Shown piece by piece: positions 54,997-64,000 of a stretch of 64,000 bases of DNA (position 1 is the first letter of the stretch; the number at the start of each line of letters is the position of its first letter). The position numbers and the translations under genes are program-made. Under the pieces are notes generated by a model. That model was not told the DNA's origin, made no database searches, and saw nothing but the letters and a program-made list of their open reading frames with translations. This DNA is from Eledone cirrhosa (Eukaryota): assembly GCA_964016885.1 (NCBI GenBank), contig OZ024742.1, positions 97,092,001 through 97,156,000 of the forward strand, in the 5' to 3' direction.

Positions 54997-55500
54997 ATAT
55001 TGAGTTATAAACTCAAAATAGTCTTTTACAATTAAATAGCTCAAAGAAGGGAATCTTTCCGAGCCGTGTAATAAAGTAATAAATCAATAAAAATAACAAA
55101 CCTATATTGGGCAATCGCCGTTTAATAATTTTTAGCGGCACGAGTATGCGAGGCGTTAGGCGCTGTGACATGTGCGTTCAACAACACATAGTTTTCAGTC
55201 TACTTAAATCTTTTGAAGTGAAAGGTACGAATTTCCTGGATACCCGCAGAAGAGCACAGGGATAGTGACTTTAACTTAATAATTGTTGCGAAACAGATTT
55301 AGATCTGTCCGGGTTTCAAACGGCGATTGCCCAATATAGGTTTGTTATTTTTATTGATTTATTACTTTAAATCGAGACAGGCAAACCATATTATTTTAAA
55401 TTAGTATTTTTCAACCTAGCTAACTTGGTCATTTACAATTCGAACACATGTATACTTGTATTGGTGTTCAACTCTCTCATATATTCAATTGTAGTACATT
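54997..55500. mobile_element. ~505-bp hammerhead family, diverged copy with 5' inversion
   Basis: HHR 55242-55314 (+): ACCCG-CAGAAGA-GC..GC-GAAA-CAGAT-TTAG-ATCTG-TC^CGGGT. 55072-55123 is the reverse complement of 55318-55369. Homologous to 60498-61008. Confidence 0.8.
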
Positions 55501-56234
55501 CACGCATATACATTTACACAAACACACACATGCTAGCGTTCGGTTTAATTGGAGATTGGAGGGTATACTTTCACACAAATATACATACATTCACACAAAT
55601 ATACATACTTTCACACAAACATACATACATTCACAGATACCATCACACAAACATACATACATTCATACATATACATTTACACAAACATACATTTACACAA
55701 ACGCACATATACAGTCATGACAGCGTTCGGTTTAATTGGAAATGGGAGGGTAAACAAGTATAACGTTTTATTTATTTATTAACTCTTTATTTACTTATTA
55801 ACTCTTTTTTTTTTTAAACTCATCTAAACTATAATAAAGTAAGGAGTGCGGGACTGCGTACAGTTTATAATTTTTTATCCCATTAGTAAAATAAGTTGGA
55901 TTACTTTGAATAAATAATGAATGAATATTACATAATTTATCTACTAAATTTCGAGGCTATTGATTAAATATATTTTGTTTATTTAAAGATTCACTTCTTT
56001 AAAATTTCTGAAATGTCAACACTTCCGGTTGGCCATCGCTTAAATAAACATATTAATTTTATGTCACTAATTTTCTCCTAATGTAGTTTAAATATAATAT
56101 CGTCTATTTTAATGTATCATGGATTACGTTACTGATTACATAAGACAGTCTTCGTTCAATTTCTATGTATTATATATTGTCAATTACGATTTTATTTGAT
56201 GTATCATATCTACATGTATATATACCTGCGTATA

Positions 56235-56640
56235 ATATCAATATACACACTACGCATGGTAGCAGAAAACCACCCGAAGGGTGGTTTTTCTGCTAGTTAT
56301 TATAATAACCTCTGTTATTTTCGTTCAACTAATTTATTTACATTATTCTTACTCCGAAACCGAGAATCATTCGGTTTCCTAAATAGAATGACTCCATTTA
56401 TACCATAAACGTGGTTTTGTCTTTGCGTGTAATTGTTCTCTCCACTCCTTATAACGACGTATTATCTTGGCTTTTTTCTGTTTTCACGAACCAAAGTATG
56501 ATCTTCCTGTTTTCCTCCGGTTGCAACGTTTTTCGAAATACTTACTTGTCAGTTCACAGATTGATTTTCTTCATTTCAGAAGATCCCGTTAAGGGTGAAA
56601 GCAGCGATTCTTTGCTAAATTTTAATCTATTATTTTAATA
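56235..56640 (+). mobile_element. CAGAAGA-hammerhead repeat family copy
   Basis: 5' hairpin shared with ~51410-51470; body shared with 37622-37882; HHR motif at ~56574-56620. Confidence 0.7.
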
Positions 56641-57034
56641 TATATACATATATACATATATATATTATATATATATATGTGTGTATGTATTTGCATATGT
56701 ATGATCGGCCTTTGTTGGTTACAATTGTGGGTGTTTCAGTTATTTGATAAACCATACAACAGCATGTTTGTGCAATTACCATGCAAATGGCTGGGTATTT
56801 AACAAACATAAGTATTATTAACATATTCATCAGGAAGATTCAGCAGGTTCATTTTTTTCCCAGATGAATGGACTGGAGCAATGTGAAATACTATGTCTTT
56901 CTCAAAAGCATAACAAGCAGACTGAAAACAAACTCAAGACCTTATAATTGCTAGATAAGCCTTGTGTTTCTAAAAACATAGATACATGCACACAGGCACA
57001 TGTATGTATCAAAATGTATGTTTAATACATGATT

Positions 57035-57830
57035 ATTTGGAACATAACTTACGAGAAATATAAATACTTTAAAAGAACAAATATGTATTATAGAACCAGG
57101 GGCGATTTCAGTCTGGATTTGGAACACAACTTAAAAAAGGTTCTTACATAAAATTATGGCAGCAGATTTTGAGATAAAATATAAACATTTTAAAACAAAC
57201 AATTTTGCATCATAGAACCAGGTGCGATTTCAGGCAGTTTGGTATCAAAAGTTTTAATATTGTGTTTGGCACATAAATTAACAAAGGTTCTTATAATAAA
57301 TGATAATGATAAACACTTTAAATGAAAAGGTTTTGTATTGGAGAACCTGTGTCAGTTTGAGACAGCTAGGTATAAAAAGTATTAAGCTGATGTTTGGAAC
57401 ATAATTTACCAATGGTTCTTACAAAATTATGGTGGACGATTTTTAGATAGATATAAACATTTCAAAACAAAGAGCTTTGTATGATAGAACCACATGCGAT
57501 TTCAGACAGTTTGCTATCAAAATGGTTAAACTGTTCTTTGGAATAGAATTTATTACATAAAATTATAGTGGAAGATTTTTAGATATATATAAATGCTTTA
57601 AAGCAAATAGGTTTTTATCATAGAATCATATGTTGTTTCAGGTGGTTAGTATCAAAAGGGTTAAGCTAATGTTTGGAACAAAATCTAACAAAAGTTCTGG
57701 AAGATTTTTAGATAAAATATGTTCGTTTGGAAACAAACAGTTTTGTATTGTAGTCTCAGGCACAATTTCAAGCAGTTTGTTATCAAAAGAGTTAAGCTGG
57801 TATATGGAGCATGGTAACAAAAGGGTTATC
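57035..57830. repeat. Old tandem repeat, about 6 units of ~120-145 bp
   Basis: TAGAACCA-like anchor near 57091, 57213, 57341, 57485, 57621 and 57751, each followed by TTTCAG..GTATCAAAA..TTTGGAAC. Confidence 0.8.
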
Positions 57831-58114
57831 AGCGCCAATATTGCGTTACACACCACCATCACCAGCACCACGACAAACAATAATGATCTCTTACTATAAT
57901 CTTATGTTCTATCATCTTGCAATAAATATGTCTAACCAATATCCAGTATCCTATATTTTAAACTGAAAATCATTTGTTAGAAAGATTTAATCATGCAACT
58001 TATTGCTTTAAAACACATTAACTCAGACCAGATTTCTAAGTCAACAAATATCATGTCGACAAAGAAATCATTCAAATTCAACTGAATCCTTATTTTGTTT
58101 CTTAACAAAAGTAG

Positions 58115-58390
58115 AAATCACAATAATATACATCATCAACAGAAGAAAGTAGAACCTGTAACAACAGCAATAACAACATTTGGGACAACAACAGCAATAG
58201 CAATAATAATTGGTGCTGCAATAACACCAACCACAACAACAACAACAACAACAGCCACAGTGAGAGTTGATACTGTAACAATAACAACAAAAGCAACAAC
58301 GATAACAAGTGTAATAGTAACAGCAACAAGAACAATGCAAACAATAACGGCAATAAAAACATTAACAATAGCAGCAACCATAACATAGTT
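58115..58390. repeat. (AAC/AAT)-rich low-complexity tract
   Basis: Directly visible. Confidence 0.85.
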
Positions 58391-58872
58391 GCTGTTAGAA
58401 ACAATAGCTAAATTTACCTCAAATCAAACTAAACATTCTTAACATAGGAAGGACACATTAGATAATCCAGTCGTAGGTACATTATGTCTGAATGGGAGAT
58501 GTGATGTTAATAGCTGTAAAACGTTTGATCACAGGTTTGCTGGATCAGGGTTGATTTGGGACTAAGCAACATCAACATTACCTGGCTTTTAGCTTTGAGA
58601 CGAGCTATTTAGTCTGACAATCACTTATGCCCTTCATGACAACAGTCTTTGAGTCTATGATAAAGGGTTGTGTGTGCTTTTATCCAACTTCTGTCTAAGC
58701 AATGAGAAAAAATAGAAAAAATAAAATATAAAACCAAAACAGCAATAATAACAACAAAATGAGCGGTAACAACAAATAAAATTACAACAAAAATTGTAAC
58801 AATAAAATATATACATAGGTGCACATACGAATAGAAACAACAATAGTGGTGGCATCAATTAGCAATAAAAAC

Positions 58873-58907
<35 letters not shown>

Positions 58908-59002
58908 TTTTGAGTATATGTTGGTTGTATACCAACACCTCAGTATGCCGGCTGGAGCACTCGACGAAGTGCGCAGGTTGGTTTGGTTACTCCGGGGTAA
59001 TG

Positions 59003-59440
59003 TAAAATAAAGTAAAATAAATAAGTAAAATGTTTAAAATTTAGCTTCGTTTATTACTGCTATATATATTTCGATGACAGCCATCTTTGGCTGTCACCTC
59101 TTCAGGCAGTCCGAATTAGTGTGGTATAGACAAGTACATATGTTGTTGAGGTGTATAATTTTGTCAATACTCTGATATACCCAGTTCCTGGTTGGATTGT
59201 TATTTCACTGAGGAACTGAAATCATATGATTCCAGTTCCTCAGTGAAATAACAATCCAACCAGGAACTGGGTATATCAGAGTATTGACAAAATTATACAC
59301 CTCAACAACATATGTACTTGTCTATACCACACTAATTCGGACTGCCTGAAGAGGTCACAGCCAAAGATGGCTGTCACCGAAATATATATAGCAGTAATAA
59401 ACGAAGCTAAAGTTTAAACATTTGACTTTTTATTTTACTT

Positions 59441-59447
<7 letters not shown>
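59003..59447. mobile_element. Spacerless palindrome (~222-bp arms) carrying two hammerhead motifs
   Basis: Centre ATCAT|ATGAT (59225/59226). HHR on plus 59341-59395: ACTGC-CTGAAGA-long helix II-GAAA-TATATA-TA^GCAGT. HHR on minus 59056-59110. Confidence 0.9.
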
Positions 59448-59533
<86 letters not shown>

Positions 59534-59537
59534 ATGC

Positions 59538-59940
59538 CATGTGCGCTATTATATATAGCACACTATTCAGTTTCTTAATATACTTAGAAGTGTCTAGGAT
59601 ACTAATTCCTCACCCACTGATGAGCTTGAATTCGTAATTCTATTCACAATTAACATTGCGAAACAACACCAAGTTGTCTGGGTGATTGGTAGTTATCACA
59701 ATTCCGGTTTGTATTTATTTTCTTGATTTTTTCTTAAATTGAGACAAGCAAACCCAATTGTCTCTAGATAGTATTCTTTTCACCTTAGCGAATCTGGTCC
59801 CTTACGATTTGAACACATATATGTATATATCTGTGTTCGTTTTTCTTTTATATTCTTTTATAATATAAGGCTCGGAATTATTTCTTTCTTTGAGCTATTT
59901 TGTTGTAAGAGACTATTTTGAGTTCCTAACTCAATATATA
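59538..59940 (+). mobile_element. ~505-bp hammerhead family, diverged copy
   Basis: HHR 59610-59685: TCACCCA-CTGATGA-GC..GC-GAAA-CAAC-ACCAA-GTTG-TC^TGGGTGA; flanks homologous to 60600-61008. Confidence 0.85.
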
Positions 59941-59961
59941 CCTTTGATATATATATTTATA

Positions 59962-61008
59962 TATATAATTGAATAAACTAAAGAGATGAACACTAATATA
60001 AACATACATGTGTTCGGATCGTAAGGACTAGGTTAGCTAGGGTGAAAAAATACTAACTACAGCAATGTGCTTTTTCAGAGTTAATTTTTAGTAGTAAATT
60101 AAGAAAAATAACAGACCTATATCAGGCAATAGCCTGGTAACAACTGGACAGTTTTGAAAACTGTTTCGCAACATCTTATTAAGTGAAGTCAACACGTTTC
60201 TCTGCTCCTCAGTAGTTGTTGAGAAATTAGCGATCCTTCCACTTCTAAAAATATTAGAAGACTGAATTGTGTGCGATATGAAATAGCGCACGTGTCTCCG
60301 AAACCTAGCATGTCTCGAAATCCCATGCCGCTAGAAATAACAGTCTGGTTAACAAGACATTGAAATTAGCTCTACATGATGGAGCCGACAAATATATAGT
60401 GAGTTAGAAACTCAGAGTAGTCTCTTACAATTAAATAGCTCTAAGAAAAAAGCTTTTCCGAGCCGTGTAATATAATTGAATAAATAAGAGAGATGAACAC
60501 TATATATTTGTCGGCTCCATCATCTAGAGTTAATTTTAATGTCTTGTTAACTGCTATTTTTAGCGGCATGGGATTTCGAGACAAGCCGGGTTCCGGAGAC
60601 ACGTGCGCTATTCCATAGCGCACACAATTCAGTCTGCTAATATTTTTAGAAGTGGAAGGATCACTAATTTCTCAACAACTACTGAGGAGCAGAGAAACGT
60701 GTTGACTTCACTTCATAAGATGTTGCGAAACAGTTTTCAAAACTGTCTAGTTGTTACCAGGCTATCGCCCGATATAGGTCTGTTATTTTTCTTAATTTAC
60801 TACTTAAAATTAAGTCTGACAAACCATATTGCTGTACTTACCATTTTTTCCCCCTAGCTAACCTAGTCCTTACGATCCGAACACATGTCAGTTTATATTA
60901 GTGTTCATCTCTCTTGTTTATTCAATTATATTACACGGCTCGAAAAAGCTTTTTTTCTTAGAGCTATTTAATTGTAAGAGACTACTCTGAGTTTCTATCT
61001 CACTATAT
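59962..61008. mobile_element. ~505-bp hammerhead family, head-to-head pair (minus ~59962-60502, plus ~60498-61008)
   Basis: HHR on plus 60674-60755: AACAACTA-CTGAGGA-GC..GC-GAAA-CAGTTTTCAAAACTG-TC^TAGTTGTT. HHR on minus 60139-60220. Confidence 0.9.
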
Positions 61009-61025
61009 ATATATTTATTTATTCA

Positions 61026-61175
61026 TTTATTTAAGATAACAGATTAAAGTTTAAGCAAAGAATAGCTGCTTTCACCCTTAACGGGATCTTCTGAAACTTC
61101 TGAGTTTCAGAAGATCCTGTTAAGGGTGAAAGCAGCGATTCTTTGCTTAAACTTTAATCTGTTGTTTTAATAAAT
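61026..61175. mobile_element. Foldback (arms ~73 bp, 4-bp spacer) of the CAGAAGA-hammerhead 3' end
   Basis: Plus 61103-61153: AGTTT-CAGAAGA-TCCT-GTTAA-GGGT-GAAA-GCA-GCGATTCTT-TGC-TT^AAACT; minus copy 61048-61098. Confidence 0.8.
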
Positions 61176-61255
61176 ATTTACGCTATGGTTTTATATATTT
61201 ATATCTATATTATCCTTATCGAGCCCTCTTCACATTTATTAATATTACTATATAT

Positions 61256-61440
61256 GGATTGGCATTATCGTTAGAGGGTCGGACGCCATGCTTTCCAGGA
61301 TAGTTACGTCCCTTAACTATCTGAGTTCAAATCCCGCCGAGGTTGACTTTGCCTTTCATCCTTACGGGGTCGATAAAATAAAGTACCAGTAATGCACTTG
61401 GTAATTGTTGGCCTTGTTCCAAAAGTAGAAACAATTATTA
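61256..61440 (+). mobile_element. SINE family 2 copy
   Basis: Co-linear with 52348-52532. Confidence 0.8.
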
Positions 61441-61794
61441 TTACTATATATATATATATATATATATAGATATAGATATATATATAGAGAGAGAGAAATA
61501 TTATCTTTTAAATCGTATTTAATACCTTACACATGATTCAAGGGAGTTGTACTTCCAGTTATTTGAAAATATTATGAGACTATTAGCATAATCAACATCT
61601 ATACATACGCAATGATACATAGATATCATATGTGCACCTCTCCATCGTCAGAGTAATAAAAATATATATCAAATAGCAGCACAATGTGTCCGAAATACAA
61701 TTCGCAACTTAGACAGGAAGGAGGATTCTAGAAGACGAGCCATTAGTATAGTGCAAAATATGTTGCACCATACTAATGGATCATATTCGCCCTT

Positions 61795-63235
61795 TTATTC
61801 CTGATAAGGTTTGGGGACAGAGTTCTCAAACGCTCCTTCTGGCTGGATCCGCAAGCGAGAGCAGCCAAGCTCATAGATGTTAACCCTCCATCTTCCTCGG
61901 GGTCTACACCTTGGACTTCTGCCAGTTGGTTTTGTTTGTAAAATCTGTCCAAAGATTCCTTCCTGAATCATTTTAAAGACGAGTGTCTTAGTTTTTACAG
62001 TACTGATTTTCATTCCAGCCATGCAGTATATAGCTTCAAATCTATCAAGTGGAAGTCGGATATCACCTTCTTTCGAGTTAAGTAACACCATATCTTCTGC
62101 AAACCACCGCCGTGATATCACTTCTAACTCAGCTGCGCATGTCAATACTTTTCATGAAAATATTGAGTAGGAGAGGTGACTGTACGCACCCATCGTTTAG
62201 ACTGATTTCCACATTGAATAGTTTCGATTTATCCGAACATAAATACTCGAGCATTTGTATGGAGACCTGGGGGCAACAAGAAGATGACTATCGATCCCAT
62301 ACTCCTGCAGAACCTTCCACAACAGAGCCTAAGGAACTCGGTCGTATGCCTTTTCAAGGTCTACGAAACAAGAATATACCTCTTGGCAATACTCCAACGA
62401 TTTCTCGAGTACCTTCCGCAGTGTGAATATGTGATCATCTGTGCTACGACTGGGGCGAAAACCACACTGTTCATCAGCTAGTTTGGACGCAACAACCTCC
62501 CAGTATCTTTTTGCCAGAAACTTAGAAACTTTTCTGGGGAGGCTTAACAAGGAGATCCCTCTGTAATTGAAACAATCTTTCTTGTCTCCCTCTTAGAAGA
62601 TTGGGATTATCACTCCCGGTTGCTATTGCTTAGGTGTCTTTCCAGAGATCAGGTCACCCGGCACACACGATTCAGTCAGAGAATGTATTTTCTATTTAAG
62701 GCTTTTAACATCAGCGGCCTTTCCACATTTGAGTTATTTGACTATTCTTGCGACCTCAACCTCCAAGAGATTAGTCACTGCTCCCAGATGCACTTCGTGT
62801 ACATCAAATGATGTTGCTGTGATCAGGTTTAGGATCTCAGCAATGTATTCTCTCCAGCTATCGAGGAGGCAGCACTCTGAAGAGAGGAGAACCCATGATA
62901 TGTTTCTGATAGCAAGTGTGGAGGAGGACTTCTTATTACAATGTCGGTAGAGGGCCTGCCAGAACACTTTATTTGCTGATCTAAAGTGAGATTCTAGGTT
63001 AACCCCAACGTCCTCCCACGTGTTAAATGTTGGCACCTTTACTGTCTTAGCTGCGATTCTTTGTTCCTGCTTGTATCGCAAGTGCAAGACAGAGGAATTA
63101 TTTCCAAGTCAAGCTTTGTAGGCCTCCCTCTTTGCTCGGATAGCATCTTTGATCTCTTTATTGAAACAAGGGTCCTCCTGCCATCCAGTGCCACACCAAG
63201 ACTCTTTTGCCAGCAGCATTTAACAGCTGGACCCT
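61795..63235 (-). mobile_element. Decayed RTE LINE (Expander/Rex3-like) with internal deletions
   Basis: QCGFRPSRSTDDHIFTL..FVDLEKAYDRVP, FAEDMVLL, GMKISTVKT, RPRGRW. Confidence 0.88.
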
Positions 63236-64000
63236 TTTTTTAACAAGTCTTAGAATTACGAAGTCATCATTAATGTTACCAAGAAGATAATATATAGATG
63301 AAACATGACCGAATGTTTAAGGTGTTTACTTTGAATTCATTAGATCTTGAGTCATAGACCCAATCATTCTGAACGAAATTGAGTAGACGGAAACTGAATG
63401 GAGGCCCTTCAAATTGACTGTACCTGTAATTCAATGGATCAGATATGTTGCACCCTGTCCCCTCAATCTCCATGTGAATTACGTAGCGTATGAACGTATT
63501 TGTAACCTACCCAGTCAATTATGTGTTAATTTCATAGACAGGCTGTCTCATTGATTGAACTACAAGAACACTTATCATCGAAAACAATACAAATCCATTG
63601 CTGTGTAAAGAATAACGTAATAAAATAACACAAAACATAAAATATTGTATCTCAGAGAAAATAACGAGAACTAACATATGAAATAACGACATATAACAGA
63701 AAAAAAAAGAAAGAAATAGAATGATAGACAACAGATAATATAGCGACCCATTACAGATGAAATAATACACAATAGATAAAATAACGACATATGTAACAGA
63801 AGAAAATGACATTTAGGAAAATATGTTCTAATCCTTATTTCCGCGTAAGGCAGAATACAAAACATTACGAGCATATTTCAATTGATACGAAATAAGGTTC
63901 AAGATTGCTTTTTTTAGAACAATTACTTTCCGTGAGAGACCAGCCTGTTGGGTTTGGAATGACATTTAAAAGACACCCTTATGTCACATAACGGAACAAT

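Noticed and set aside
57638-57880. Repeat-protein exon within the ~130-bp tandem repeat
   Set aside because: Unit lengths are not consistently multiples of 3 and other units contain stops.
58068-58404. Mucin-like, poly-Cys and poly-Leu ORFs
   Set aside because: Low-complexity trinucleotide tract with no splice or domain support.
63276-63473. 65-aa non-repetitive ORF on minus
   Set aside because: Short, with no recognisable motif.

Overview
AT-rich eukaryotic intergenic or intronic DNA, with no host gene I can support. The repeat content ((TA)n/(CA)n/(GAT)n microsatellites, tRNA-derived SINEs, RTE LINEs) is what I associate with a cephalopod (octopus-like) genome; that assignment is inference. 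Recognisable elements: several decayed RTE-clade LINEs, a complete but inactivated DD37D (maT) Tc1/mariner transposon, a 5'-truncated Penelope-like element (RT + GIY-YIG) with ~1 kb inverted repeats, a 54-bp minisatellite and many SINEs. The main hidden signal is about 30 type I hammerhead-ribozyme (HHR) motifs from about 9 sequence families, all read by eye. They include a nearly perfect 310-bp tandem array (42067-45888) of a highly structured viroid/retrozyme-like unit with 13 HHRs and an internal foldback. A diverged 316-bp sister family shows compensatory stem changes and a U3-A8 core. A ~505-bp family has a co-varying pseudoknot, and another family has a fixed CAGAAGA core. Seven of these loci are head-to-head inverted insertions of the same polarity, several ending in TA-rich tracts. 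This points to a system of non-autonomous ribozyme elements mobilised by Penelope-like elements. Coordinates of degenerate elements are approximate.
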